Below are positions 28,201 through 42,814 of a DNA stretch of 64,000 bases, piece by piece (position 1 is the stretch's first letter; every line of letters starts with the position of its first letter). The stretch lies in the NCBI RefSeq assembly GCF_009914755.1, contig NC_060926.1. One strand, written 5' to 3'. The position numbers and the translations under genes were made by a program. The notes beneath the pieces are model-generated. The model was not told the DNA's origin. It saw only the letters and a list, made by a program, of their open reading frames with translations, and made no database searches. This stretch comes from the human T2T-CHM13v2.0 reference genome, Homo sapiens.

Positions 28201-29835
28201 CAAGACAATTGATACTCATAAAAATAAAATAGATATATAGATCAATGAGATAGAATTTAGATAAATAAAGCCTCACATTTACAATCAAATGATTTCCAAC
28301 AATTTGCCAAGATAATTTAATAGTGGAAAGACTCGTCTTTTATACAAATGATACTGGGATAAGTAAATATCCATATGCAAATCCACATGGATATCCATAT
28401 GTGTATAGCAAAATTAACTAAAAGTGGATCATAAATCTAAATTTAAAAGTTAAAACATTGCATTTAAAAAGAAACATGGAATTAAATGTTAGTATCTTTG
28501 GATTAGGCAATGGTTTCTTAGATATGATACAAAAAGCACAAGCAACAAAAGAAACAAATAGCTAAATTATACTTCATCAAAATTTAAAACTTTTGTGATT
28601 CAAAAGGCACCTTTGAAAAGAGAAAAAAACTATAGCATGGCAGAAAACTTTTGCAAATTATCTTACAAGGGAGTTTTATCTAGAATGTATTCAAAATTCT
28701 AGTAACTCAATATTAAAAAGACAAAGACCCCAGTAATAAAATGGGCAAAAGCTTTAAATAGACATTTCTTCATATACACATATAAATGGCTAATAAGCAC
28801 ATTAAAAAGATACTCAACATCTTTAGGCATCAGGGAAACATAAAGTGAAACCACAATGAGATACCACTTTATATTCATCAGAATGGCTACAGATCATAAC
28901 AAGTCTTGGAGACAATGTGCAGACAATGAAACCCTCACACTCTACTGATGTGAATGCAAATATTTCAACCAGTTTGGAAAACAATCTGGCGGTTCTTCCA
29001 AAGTTTGAACATAAACAGTTACCATACCTGTCAAGTTCACTCCTAGGTATATACTCAAGAGCAATAAAAACATATGTCCACACAAAAACATCAATGATCC
29101 TAGCAGCTTTATTTGTAATAGTCAACAAAGTGGAAATAACTCAAATGTCTATCAAATGATAAATGTCTAAATGTCTTATAGCAATAAAATGGAAGATTAT
29201 TTGGCAAAAAAAGCAATGAAGTACTGATATATGCTACAAAATAGAACATTATGCTAAGTGAAAGAAGCCAGTCACAAAGGAAAACATATCATATGATTCC
29301 ATTTATACAAAATGTCCACAGTAGGCTAGTCTGTAGAGACAGAAAGCAGGCTAGATGCAGTGGCCCACACCTGTGATCCCACACTTTGGGAGGCTGAGGC
29401 CGGCGGATCATTTGAGGCCAGGAGTTAGAGACGAGCCTGGCCAACATGGCAAAACCGCATCTCTGCTAAAAGTACAAAAATTAGCAGGGCATGGTGGCAT
29501 GCGCCTGTAGTCCCAGCTACTTAGGGGGCTGAAGCATGACAATCGCCTGAACCTGGGAGGCGGAGGTTGCAGTGAGCAGAGATCATGCCACTACAGCCCA
29601 GGGGACACAGTGAGACACTGTCTCAAAATGTAAATAAATAAAATTTTAAAAAGGGAAAAGTGGTTGACTTGAGGCTGGGAGTTTGAAAAAATATGAGCAA
29701 TAATATTAACAGGCATTGTTTTCTTGATGAAAAATTCTACAATTGTATATTAATGATGGCTGCACAACTCTGTAAATATACTGAAAACCATTGACTTGTA
29801 CATATGTAAAATAAATCCCAATAAAGATGTTAGTT
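25230..29835 (+). mobile_element. Old L1 (L1MB-like): putative 5' region about 25230-26170, decayed ORF2 and 3' UTR; Alu inserted
   Basis: A-rich decayed ORF2 (ttggttcactgaaaagatcaacaaatttgacaa; aattcattctatgaggcca; gagaaaatcctaaggg) and L1MB 3' UTR (gatggctgcacaactctgtaaatatact). Confidence 0.8.
29349..29645 (+). mobile_element. AluS/J inserted in the L1 3' UTR
   Basis: Diverged full dimer. Confidence 0.9.
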
Positions 29836-29879
29836 AAAATAAAGAAAATTCTATTTTGAGACATTATCACAAATGATAA

Positions 29880-30235
29880 AAATTTACAGCCAAAACTTAG
29901 AAACAATCCAAATATCCAAAAGTATTGGAAAGGTTAAAAATTTTATGCTAATCCACATAATATAATGTATTCCTATTAAAATAGTATTTACAAATTGCTA
30001 ATCATAACATAGGAGAGCGTTCATGTTAGAATGTAAGTAAAAGAAACAAGAAACAATCATATCAATAATAAAATTTATTTGTATTTAAAAAATAGCATGA
30101 ATATTAAATACCAAAATATTAATAGTTGCTGTCTGTGTTGTTGTAGTATTGGTGATTTTTATTTCAACTTTCTTTCATGTTTTCTAATTTTACAAATTTG
30201 CTATAAATTTAAATTTTAAAAAATTTAAACAAATA
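29880..30235 (+). mobile_element. L1ME-like 3' end
   Basis: gaaacaatccaaatatcca...ccaaaatattaatagttg. Confidence 0.5.
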
Positions 30236-31989
30236 AAAGTATTTAACCATGGATTGAGGTTTGCCATCAATAAGTGATTGCAAAACTGGTATTATTCTAC
30301 CAACTAATTTTCATGTTTAATGATGATTGAGCTAATAGATGTCTATTTTTTAATTTAAATCACCATTCTTTTTACTTAACAGGGTTTTAAATGAACATTA
30401 AAAATAATTGAGTATGCAAATATACTCATTAGTATCCTTTATTGTTATCAGTAAATTAAAATCTGAGCCAGTGAGCTCAAAATATCAGTTGCTTTACCAC
30501 TAAAATAATATTAGGAGAGAGGAGTAAAGAAAAAAAATTATAAGGCTATGGTCATATTTTAAATAAGTTATTATTAAGAATCACTAATAAATCTTAGCTC
30601 TTTTATTCTCTATTAATGAGAATAGTATGTCATAGGAAACAAAAATAAAAATTATGAATCCTCTTATTCAGTATTTAGATAACTTTTTATATATGTTTAG
30701 AGCCTTGAATTACTAGACTGGATCATCAGTTTTATCATTATCTCATATTTAATTTGTAAGGAAAGCAGCAAAATATAATCCCTCTTGTGAATGTTTGTTT
30801 TTTTCCCCTGAAGAACAGAGCAGATGATACAATACCGTCTACATTTTTTGCTCAAACTATTCAAGTCTAATTCTGATTCTTTTCACATAGGTTTTAATGA
30901 CTGTTGACTGAGAAAATAGATTTTTTTTTAAAAAATAGCCTATAGGTTGTTATTGTTGATGCTATTAATATTAGAAGTTGAATAGTCAAAAAGCTGGCAC
31001 AGATCCAGAGAGATCACTATTAAGAGGTTGCTTTGTATAACTCTAAAATACTCCAACTCCAGAGATTCATAATTTTTGAATAATCTAGTCTAGAATTTTA
31101 TACTAGACGCTGACAATCAAGTTATATTTCTGGTTCCACTTCAGTTTTCTCCTACTCAATCTCTAGATCCTCTCATTGAATTTTCAGTAAAATTAAATAA
31201 TAAATAAAGGAAACAAACTTTAAGACTAATGAAACTAGTTTTATTTGTTTTATTTTCTTTAACACAGCCTTTGATAAATTCACTGACACATTGAGTTAGC
31301 CATAGTGTGTAATGGGAGACTGCCCAGTATCCTAGAAACTGATTTGTTTCATTGTTCTTGAGCACCATTGCAAGCATAAAGAACTGGCAACTGTTGCCAA
31401 GTACTTTGGAGCACCCTTTGTGGCCAAGGAACTCTGGAGAGGAATACTTGAGGCAATACTGGAACTCAGTCTAAGCATAGTTAACACCAGTAAACATTCA
31501 GCGCGCCTTGGTGACAAAGAATAAAGTCACTACAATAATAATTCTATTGGTGATATACACGAAGGTGTGTATGCACATACAAAGGTGTGCATACAAATAC
31601 AAATGCACAAATACAAATACACAATTTCCCAGGCAATCCTAGACAGCTGTAAGCAATTTCTTGAAAGAGCTTTTATTAATCAAAGAGCTACAGTGCTGAA
31701 GAGTCCTTAAGTAAGATTTGGCTTAAGTTACTATATCATGAAGCCTTTTCCAGACACTAGATAAAAACTTCAAAGAATGGTTGGAAGAAGTTTCTGGCTT
31801 TTGTTGAAGGACTCTTCTGGAATGGTAGCCAGAAGCAAATGTGGCAAACTCATGACATGAAAAGCTAGGTACTAATGAAAGAGATGCTCAGGATAACAAA
31901 TAGTAGCCTGGGGAACACATCAGATAACAAATAGTAAACCAGGGGAACACATCAGAATCACCTAAAATAATCTTAGATTTTGCCCTGCT

Positions 31990-32200
31990 ATAGGTTTCTT
32001 GACCTTAGCACTATTTGTATTTTGGGATGGATAATACTTCATTTTGGGAAAGGAACAGGACACTAAACATGCACAGGGCATTGTTTGGCAGCATCCCTGG
32101 CTTTCATTCAACAGATACCAATATGACAACTAACAATGTTTCCAGATATTGCAAAGTGTACCTTGGGGTACACAATTTCCCCCACTTGATAAACAATCGT
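31990..32200 (-). mobile_element. MER20 hAT DNA transposon
   Basis: tttggcagcatccctggc...aatgtttccagatattgcaaagtgtaccttgggg is the reverse of the MER20 consensus. Confidence 0.75.
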
Positions 32201-32352
32201 AGATCAACTAAGTCAAATTATCAGTACTAGGGCTACCTTGCTCCCTAGCTTGGCCTTCTGAATCCCACATATTGAATGGTTAGATATTTCTGGCCCTTGG
32301 CCTTATATTGCATGTTTTAAAATTGTTGTTGTTGCTGTGAAACACCCATCCT

Positions 32353-32738
<386 letters not shown>

Positions 32739-33091
32739 CTAGAATGGCAGTGTGGAGAAAGCAAATGATGAAAAAATATATACGTGTGAATTTAAATCCC
32801 ATCTTTGTTCTATTCCATTTGTGAAACATTTGGCATTTTATTTAAGCTTTGTCTTTAATTTCTGCCTAAAGGACTTCTCCAGTCAGCTACAGTCTACTAT
32901 TAACTGGAGGCAAAATGAGGATCAAGACAATGACCATAAACTTTCACATTAATAATTCATTATCACATAGTTTAAGCCAGAATATAGAAGCTGTCCATAC
33001 AGGAACATCACTGATATTTCAAACCTGCCATCCGAGTTCACCCTTTAGAAAATAATGTGTGGGAATAAGATATATAAAAGGTCTATAATAT

Positions 33092-33648
33092 TGTGATAGG
33101 CAGCCCCTAATGTGGCCCCCTCTTACCCCAACCACCTGGTATTCACTCCTTCTCTAGTCCCTTTCTCTGAGGGGAGGATGCATCTAGTTAGTAGCTTCTA
33201 ATAAATAGAATATACCAAAAGTGATGGGATATCATTTCTGAGATTGGGTGACAAGAAGTCTGACTTCCATTTTGTGAATGCCTTCTCCCACTCTCTTATT
33301 CACTAGCTCTAAGAGAAGCTTGTGGTCATGCTGTGAACTGCCCTGTAGAAAGGCCCACATGACAAAGAACTGAGATAATACTCAGTAGAGAGTTATGGTC
33401 TTTTATTCAACAACCTGCAAGGAACAGAATCCTGCCAACAGCCCCATGAGCGAGCTTGGTAGTGAATCCTCCCTAACTGAGCCTTCTGATGAGACCACAT
33501 CTCTGTGCAACACTTTGATTGCAGTCTCATAAGAAACTTTGAAGCAGATGACACAGCAAGCTGACCAATAGAAGCTATGACATTATAAGCATTGTTTTGT
33601 CTTACCAAGTGTTAGTAATTTGTTATACAGTAATAGATAACTAATTTA
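33092..33648 (+). mobile_element. MLT1F-like MaLR LTR
   Basis: tgtgataggcagcccctaatgtggcccc...tttgttatacagtaatagataactaat. Confidence 0.8.
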
Positions 33649-33721
33649 AACATAGTAGAATAAATGATTTTTTCTCTCTTCTTCTCCTCATCCATTCTAT
33701 GACAATCATAATGATGATAAC

Positions 33722-33722
33722 T

Positions 33723-33755
<33 letters not shown>
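33722..33755. repeat. (GAT)n microsatellite
   Basis: Directly visible; a second (GAT)n tract lies at about 38370-38395. Confidence 0.95.
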
Positions 33756-36369
33756 CCTTCCCTAACTATCTGAGTCTCAGATGAAGCTGTGCCATGAGTC
33801 TTCTGCCCCTCAGTCTAGCAGGGGCAATCCTATACTGACCATATTTTCACGATTCTCTCAAGCCCTGAGTCCTAATATGGCCTGTCTTTCCCAATCATAA
33901 TTACAACAAGATTAAAATTCTCATTATGAAACGATTAGGGATCAAATGTGGATTATGTCACATTGCTTATGCAGTTCATGTTTGATGTCAATCTCAGGGG
34001 CAAAAACCCAAAAGAATCCTGAATGCAGAATTTAATTAGGGCATCTCAAAGCAACCAAGTCTTTCCTATACTCATATCTCATCCTGAAACCCAGTTTAAT
34101 ATTAAAATAAAAATACCACCTTCCTCAAAAGATTCTTTTGATAAATTAAATGACATAAATACACAAAGTTTCCTAACTTTACTCCTGTGATGTAGTAAGT
34201 GTGCAACAAATATTAAGGGTTTTTTTTGTTATTTTAATTTCTTCCTCTTCCAACCCCTCAGTTTTCTAATCCTCTTATGGGTGTTTAATTCCATTTCTAG
34301 GCTTTTTCAATTTCTGCCAAGTTCCTATTCTAAAAATACTAAGGAATTCATAGAACCAATTAGTTATTTTTTTCACCTTAAAGTTTGAAAATGATCCACT
34401 TACTACTTGTTGCCCTTAGATAAAAATAAGGCCAAATGATAAAATGAAATTAAAGATCCATTGCTTATGACCAGCCCATAAACAAATTAAATAACTTTCC
34501 TTTTCCTTTACCTAGAATATTGTCTAGTTGATTAAAAATTAATGGCCCAAAAATTCAGAAGCTGAATCACAGCTTTTTTTAAATAAATGCTATCAAAAAG
34601 ACAAATTGATTAATACATATTCAGTTTTCTTAAAATGGGAAGAAAAGCACTTTTTCAAGTTTAAGTTTACAGTTGAAGATACTAAAGGTACCAACGTACC
34701 TAAGCTAAAAGAGATCTCCTCATTATCATTTAATCTGTCAGTATATCTAGGGTTGGGTTTCTGGAAATAAACAGGTACCAATCTATACTCTAAGTATCAG
34801 AGTATGGAGTAATTTGAAAAATATAAAATAGTTTGACCTATCTATAAAAAATACTTTTTTCACATATCTTTAGGGGTGTTTTAGCTGGATGTTGCCGGTG
34901 GGTTAAGACACTGTGATCTGCTCAAACATATATAATTTAAAAATTTTTCAATCTCTCAGCAGCTACTAATAATTTACTGTGAATTGAAGTAACCATGCCT
35001 TTAGAAAATAGGTTTCTCAGCAGCTCCATTTTGATAAAGAAGAGTGGGGAGAAAGAGTGGTACATTCAATTCTGAATGTACCACTGAGGAGAAGCCTCAG
35101 TAGCTAAAAAGAAATATGGCAGCACAAAGTAACTCAGGCAGGGAAAAAGAAAGTTTTCCTAATGCAGATTTGATGTGCTTCATGTGGATTAAACTAAAGT
35201 CGGTGTCAAGATCTTTCCCTTTCCTGAGGGGTGCTGAGTGCCTGAAGTTTCATGAGACTTGCCTAAGAGATTCTCTCAAAAATATGGAAAATAATATAGA
35301 TCTCAAATAAGTTGACCAAAGTTTTAATCTTAGTAGGTGATCATTGTGCATCTTCTTGTGCTTTTAATTTCAGGTAACATACTGATAAATTAAATGCCTA
35401 ATAGGGGCTTGTTTTCATGTTTTGAATTTAGAAATTACCCAAAAAGGATCTGTGAGATATTTCCAGTAATTTACTTAACCTAAAATGCCTTATGTTATGC
35501 ATGTTTATGATATTTGTATTTCAGGTAGTATTGATAAGTTTTTATTTTCTTGTGATATTACATCTTGAAAGATTTACTGAATTGACTACCTACAAATCTA
35601 TACACACTGTTCACATGATTAAAAAATATATTATTGAAGAAAGTTTGAAATGACAACAAAAAGTAGTTTTAGTTTCACTGTCACAAGAACAAGAAGAAAT
35701 TGAAGCAGCTCTAAAATTCACTTTGTAGCCAAGAAAATGGTTTTCATAAAATCGAAAAAATGTCCCAAAGCAACAATATTATATTTCTTAAACTATTGCT
35801 GCTACTGACATATAAAGAATTCTTTCTATAATTCTTCTGTGGCCTTGGTTGGTGACAAAGTCGTTACTAGAAAAATTTTGTAAATAGTTTCTTTTTATAA
35901 GCTTCCAGGCATAGAAAATAAAAAAGAGAGAGACTCATTTGAGTGTCACTATCTTCAATTATTAAATGGGTTTAAAAATCACATGATTCAGTATATAAAT
36001 CAAAATAATACACGATCTTCTACTAGCACAAATTTGCAGAAGCGCAATGTAGTGTCATCAAGTAATGCCAACAATGGTCAAAATAAACTTTTGCTTCAGT
36101 GGTTACAAATGCACGACGGCACAGTGGAAAGAACTGGGAGTAGGATACTCCATTAGTATATGGCCCCTTGATCTCTTTGGTTTCCAGTTTCCTTACCTGT
36201 ATCATGAGGGAGTGCTACAAATGGTATCAAATACTCCTTCTAGTTCTATGTTTCAAAGATAAATATGAATGTCGTGGGACTAATAAAGAGGGATTCTTTC
36301 ATATAAACAGATGACATTCACTGTATAAACGTGGCAATGATATTTTGTCACATATACTCCTTCAGTGTT

Positions 36370-36625
36370 TTTAAAATATGTTTTAATTTTTAGAGTTCTA
36401 GGTTCACAGCAGAATTGATCAGAAAGTAGAGTTCCCATATATTCCTTCCGCCATACACAAACAGCCTTGCCCACTATCAACATCTCACACCAGAGCGATA
36501 CATTTGTCACAGGTGAATTTAAGCCAACACATCCATAGTTTATATTAGCATCTATCGTTAACATTAGGGTTCACTCTTGGTGTTATACATTCTGTGGATT
36601 TAGGTAAATGTATACTGACATGTTC
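36370..36625 (-). mobile_element. L1MC1/2-like 3' end
   Basis: taggttcacagcagaattga...agggttcactcttggtgtt. Confidence 0.75.
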
Positions 36626-36744
36626 CTTCAGTGTTTTTATTGTCTTAGCCAGATTACTATGTGATGGTGTAAAAAAATAATAAAATATTTCCTCTAGTAA
36701 GTTCCAGACAATGACATCCAAATAATGACCCTTATTCTGTGTTT

Positions 36745-36878
36745 ATTTTTTTCTTTTAATAGAGACAGGGTCTCACTATACTGCCCAGGCTAGCCTCAAA
36801 CTCCTGGCCTCAAGTGATCTTGCCACCTCTGCCTTCCAAAGTGCTAGGGTTACAGGTATGAGCCATTGCAGCTGGACC
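36745..36878 (-). mobile_element. FLAM_C-like Alu monomer
   Basis: agagacagggtctcactatactgcccaggc...ggcctcaagtgatc. Confidence 0.8.
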
Positions 36879-37653
36879 CTTGTTTATCTTCATCTTCCAA
36901 GCAACTTAGACGTGAAGTTCTAAACCTGGTAGCTATTATAGTAACCATCAGTTGTTGCATCATTGAGTTGGATGACCCAAATTTCAATAAAAGAGATAAA
37001 AGATGAAAAAAGAATGTAAGTGTGAAGTTTTACAGATGAATAATTATTCTGAGTAGAATGTCCTCTTCAAGTAGCATCCAATTGTTTCATTATTAAGGAG
37101 AAGTCATAAGTACCCCAAGGGGAGGGAGAACTGAATATTGAATAGAGCATTACTTAGTGAAGATCACTTAACTAAGTGGAGCAATGGGCTTTGCTTTGAA
37201 GGCTTTTCTCCTAACTAAAATGTATCTGTTAAAGCATCAAATGCAGTATTCATTTATCAGGAGGAATATCACCCAGCAGGCAAGGATTTTCAAAGCTCAA
37301 TATGTTTTTTTCCACTGGAATGGAACTTTTCCAGTGAAGAGATAAAAATTCTTTGAACATTTTAAATCTAGCCACAGGGTCTTTTTTTCTTCTGTGGAGA
37401 GTATCCAGAATTGCTTCATCTGGTAGAAAAAACAATTTGTTCATTGTAGAAAGCTTTAATTTATTACAATCAAACCCAGAAAGATTCAGATCTGTTAATT
37501 CTTATGAAATGCACAGGTTTTGAGAATACATTCTTTCTGTAATATCATGGTAATGAAATAGTATTGATAAATTATGATACTTGTACTTTGCCAATGATTC
37601 TCTTCCACTTCATCTCCTTAGCATGACTGGGGCTGTTTGTTTAGAATAAGAGG

Positions 37654-37782
37654 CTAATGCTAAATGACGAGTTAATGGGTGCAGCACACCAACATGGCAC
37701 ATGTATACATATGTAACAAACCTGCACATTGTGCACATGTACCCTAAAACTTAAAGTATAATAACAATAAAATAAAAAAAAA
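37654..37782 (+). mobile_element. Very short L1PA3-like 3' end
   Basis: ctaatgctaaatgacgagttaatgggtgcagcacacc...aaagtataat plus A tail; TSD agaataagaggc. Confidence 0.92.
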
Positions 37783-38571
37783 GAATAAGAGGCAACTGTG
37801 CCCTTCCATTTGGTCATTTTTATCTTTGATCCTAATGTAGAGATTATGGCCCTGGGGTAAATGTCATTAATGGAAGAAGAGGAAATAAAATATCTGCAAA
37901 AGAAATTAATCAAGAAAGAACCTATAATCAGGTGAAATATGAAGGTCATGATTTAAAAAAAAAGATAAACAAGTAGAGACTGACACAACAAAAAAGGTTT
38001 CTTTTATCTCTTTCTCTGAGGAACAATCCAGGTTTTCCTTTCTCTCTCTCTCTAATTTCCCTCCAAGAAGTAACAGAGCTTGTATATCACCACTATAAAG
38101 ATATTATAAATCAAGCTGCTGACACTTATTCTGATCCTAATATATTTTCATAAAACACAGTTAATAAAGGATCAGACTGTAAAGTAGATGGAAGTAACAC
38201 AAGTTATGCAAAAAGGCAGTGGAAAGCTCCTGATAGCACCACCACCATCATGACCTTCATTAGGGTTTCAGTTAGTTCAGCCTAAGCACTGAATGTTAGC
38301 CTCTTAGATTTACATTTAATATTATAAATAGTTACTGATATCTAATCTTTAAGCATCAGCTCTACAGACTGATGATGATGATGATGATGATGATGTTTAT
38401 CCTCAAAAGGGAGGTTTATTAACCTGTGTTTATTGCCCCAGAGTAGTGAAGAAACACCCTTTTTTCTATTCAGATAACTGAATAGAAAACATAATATCAG
38501 TTGAGAGAACAGTAAAGCCAAATCCTAGCTAATTAGAAATTTAAATGTAGCTTCCAGGGCATCTTTGTAAA

Positions 38572-38604
<33 letters not shown>

Positions 38605-38625
38605 ATATATATAATATATATAACA
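38572..38625. repeat. (TA)n microsatellite
   Basis: Directly visible. Confidence 0.95.
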
Positions 38626-38669
38626 TATGATAATTTCTACAATATTTTACTTCCCACTTATTTGATATT

Positions 38670-38880
38670 TTTGTTACCATTCTCTGAGCACCAACATATA
38701 TCAGGCACTTTATTAAACATTTGCTTACATTGATCTAAACATGCCCACACCCCAAAAAGGGAAACAGAGCCTCAGAAAAATTAGGTAACTTACCCAAGGT
38801 CACAAAGCTACTAGTGGTTGAGCTGGCATTAGAACCCAGGTTGTCTGTGGCTAAACTCTGGTTTCTTCCAACTATGTTTC
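38670..38880 (-). mobile_element. MIR
   Basis: gaaacagagcctcagaaaaattaggtaacttacccaaggtcaca. Confidence 0.8.
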
Positions 38881-39374
38881 ACTGGCCTGTAGATCTCTAA
38901 CCTTCTTTGGTTTTAAAGAAAGTTTTTCACTGCTGTATTCTGAGTAACAGTAGGGATTTTAATAGATTCTTGAACATTCTACCTACATGACTATTCTGTA
39001 TGCTTGCATCCCTTTACATTTAGAAGAAGAAATAGCTTTTCTGAAAATAACTTTTTCCCAGGAAATAAAAATATGGTAGGCAAAATGTAAAGAACAAAGT
39101 TTTAACTAAAACAGGTAACTTCTCCTTAGGAAAAGTTACTTTGACATGAAATAAGTTTATGATATTAATAATTATTGGGCATTTTGAAACAGAAAGTCCT
39201 ATTCTCTGCAAATAAACATATCCTCCATCATGGTACATGATATTAAACTTAACCATTTCAGGGCCAATGTAAACTTTGGAGAGTGAATTTAACTCATTCA
39301 GATGATCTATTTACCCTTAAAAAGCAAAAGATTTCCTAATGATCTTATCAAGACATTTAGATCAAATTGCTTAT

Positions 39375-39479
39375 ATTATTTTATTTTTTTTAATTATTAT
39401 TTTTTTTATTATACTTTAAGTTTTAGGGTACATGTGCACATTGTGCAGGTTAGTTACATATGTATACATGTGCCATGCT
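39375..39479 (-). mobile_element. Very short L1PA2-like 3' end
   Basis: atactttaagttttagggtacatgtgcacattgtgcaggttagttacatatg; ggttagttac is typical of L1PA2/L1HS. Confidence 0.88.
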
Positions 39480-40954
39480 AACTAATATTTTTTCCTCATG
39501 GAAATTTATCAAATATTTTCAAAAATCATTATGGAGTCTTCAAAATAATTGAATATATGCTCCAGCTAAAGCAAAGGACTATGTACCTAGTAAAAATACA
39601 TGCATGTACTGTATACATAAAATCTTTTAAAAGTTCAAATTTTCTTAGTTTTGCACTTAACAAATCCTATATGATAAAATTCTAAAGAATAAAATGCAGG
39701 TACATAAGAGACAAGGTAGATTATTCATTGTAGAGGTAATTAGCCTTCCACCAATAATGAGATTTGATTAAAGTTTGATCAAAAACCACACTGAGATTTT
39801 GGCAAAATTAACATATTGCTTAATAAAATGTGTTATACTTCTTTGTATTTCCTTTTGGTAAAGGTGATTTTAAACATTTGCCTCTATCCAATTCCAAACA
39901 TTTGGTGCAAAACAATCTACTTAAGAAAACTCATTTTTGAACAATTTGTGAAGATCCCCAGTAATTCATTAACTTGTAGTCCAGAGTTTTATTAATACAT
40001 GATTAAACAAAATGTGTTAGAACTGTACCAGAAGCCCACATGCTGGTGCAAGATTACAATGATTCTTTTTTTTAATATTATAAATCAAATAGCTATTTGT
40101 TTTTTAACATTAGATCAAACTAAGTCTTTACACATATAAAAACACCGTGGAAATGCATTTACATGTTCAACATTAAAACATTAATTCAGAAAACATACGA
40201 TTTAGCATTTATTTTGATAAGTTTAAGCCCTCAAGTTGAAGATAATAAATCTAAATGTTAATGTGAATACCAAATATTTATGCTATGTCAGAATTTAGCA
40301 ATTAGCGCCAAAAAACTTGTTTACTTCAGTAAATTCAACAGTGTCTACCATTAATTCCCCATCACTTATTCATATTAGCCGCAGCAAAATGTTAGTGTCC
40401 GCTTTGCTTCCTGTTGCTTCCTTTCACTGTTTGCTAAAATATCAGAAGGTAAAGTAAAATCTGACTCCAAATGGTACATACTATATTCAACAATAATTTT
40501 CAGTGGTGTAGCATGTATAATTGTTTCTAGTATTTGGATTTCATTTGCCACCGCTTGTATTACAATAGAAAATCACATCCTGAATATATTTTAAATAAAG
40601 TTATATTTTAGTATATAATAGATCAAAATGCTTTGTATGTCCTTATATTTATAACTAGATAAAAGTAAAGTATCAAAATAAAAAAGAGAGAGAAATAAAA
40701 ATAAGCAACCAAGTGCCAATGGTGGTATGTTAAGGCAATTGCAATTCAAATGCTATACTTTAGGACGATTTTACTTGATTTTTTTTTCAGACACTACACA
40801 TTTAGAATAATTTATGATTGGCCTTAATATTTATCTATTTGCTGCTTTCTTATTTCTCATCTTGACTATTAAAGCACAGAGGAAAAGATTGTATTCCCAT
40901 CATGTTTAATAAATCAAGTGAATATATTATGCATAAATTATGACTAAAAAGCTA

Positions 40955-41188
<234 letters not shown>

Positions 41189-41269
41189 TTATGTTAACAA
41201 ATGTATTTCCTGGCCTTTTAAAAAAATTATTGTGTACTACACTTCCTGACTAACGAAAGGTAGGTAGAT

Positions 41270-41432
41270 TTGTAGTTCTCAAACTTGATTATGCATATGA
41301 TTTGTTAAAATAGGAATTTATTAAAATGAATTAGTGGGCCCCATCCCAGAAGCCTGATCATTTAAATATCTAAAAATCTCCCAATTGGTGATGATGATGC
41401 TGGTACGGGCCCCACACTTTCATAAGCACTGA
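41270..41432. mobile_element. MER5A hAT MITE
   Basis: gtagttctcaaactt...gggccccatcccaga...cacactttcataagcactg. Confidence 0.75.
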
Positions 41433-41789
41433 GTTAGATGATTTGTGGAAGCCTACCTCATCTCTCAACCAAAATTTATTCCCTCTTCTTTAAAATCCAA
41501 ACATCTCTTTACTTATATATGATAATAAACCTGATTTAAGATAACTGTATCACTGATACTTTTAATAGACATTTAGATTTCTTAAGAAATTTTTGAAGTT
41601 AGTCTTCATAAATCTTTGTCATACTAAGAATACATCAATAGCTTAATTAGCTATTAATATCACACTTCTCTGGCATCAAAAGCCTGTCCCCAAATAGGCA
41701 CATAAATATTAAGCTAACTACCAGAAGTACACACTCTAATGCTTATGCATTTTGCCAATATATTAGAAAATATTTATATTTTTTTCTTA

Positions 41790-42000
41790 TTAAAACTAGA
41801 ATGCCTAGAATTAAATCTGTTTCCACTATTTCCTATCCATGTAACCTAAGTTGCTTAATTTCTCTGTGCCTCAGTTTCCTCATTTCTTAAATGGGGATAA
41901 TAAGAGAACTACCTCATGAGGTTATGAGGATTAAGTGAATTAATACGTTTAAGGTGCTTAGAACAGTGCCATGCACATAAGTATCATATAAATATTGGAT
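41790..42000 (+). mobile_element. MIR
   Basis: tctctgtgcctcagtttcctcattt...gaggattaagtga. Confidence 0.85.
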
Positions 42001-42616
42001 TTAAAATAAAATAAATGATAATACATATATAGATATATAGATATTTCTCAAATAAGATTGGAACATTTTTAACGATAAAAATTAACCTATGATCATTAGA
42101 TATAAAAGATCATTCTAGAACCAAAGTTATTTGGGACTAATAGAACTAGAGACTGCAAAACAGGAAGATTTCTTAGGTACCAGTTCTCTTACAGTGCTTT
42201 TCTCCCTCAGTTATGCAAACCTGAGACCTCACATTCTCTCTAGTGCTTCCTCTAATATAGTCTAAAGTAAACATTACTTAGTTCAAATTCTACATTAATT
42301 CCAGCCAATCAAGTACTGCTTTTTACTATAATTTTTGCCTATTCAGGTCGAAGGTAGCTTTTACTAGATTTGGTTAAAGGTTTGATAATATACAGCAGTT
42401 GCTAAAATGACTAAAAAATTAGAATGTCTTATAAGGCAGAACAATGATATTTTAAATATTTCAAATATTAAAATCTTACACATATGAGACTAAACAGTAT
42501 ACCATTTCCTAATAACTAGTTAATTTTTTTCTAATGTTTAACTGACTTTGGTTGCCTAACATCTGCATGGTATGTAATGATTAGTGAAGTAAATGAACCA
42601 GAGGTAAGGTTTTTCA

Positions 42617-42814
<198 letters not shown>

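Noticed and set aside
30409-30428. Octamer ATGCAAAT within a 7-bp inverted repeat
   Set aside because: Too short to exceed chance in very AT-rich sequence.
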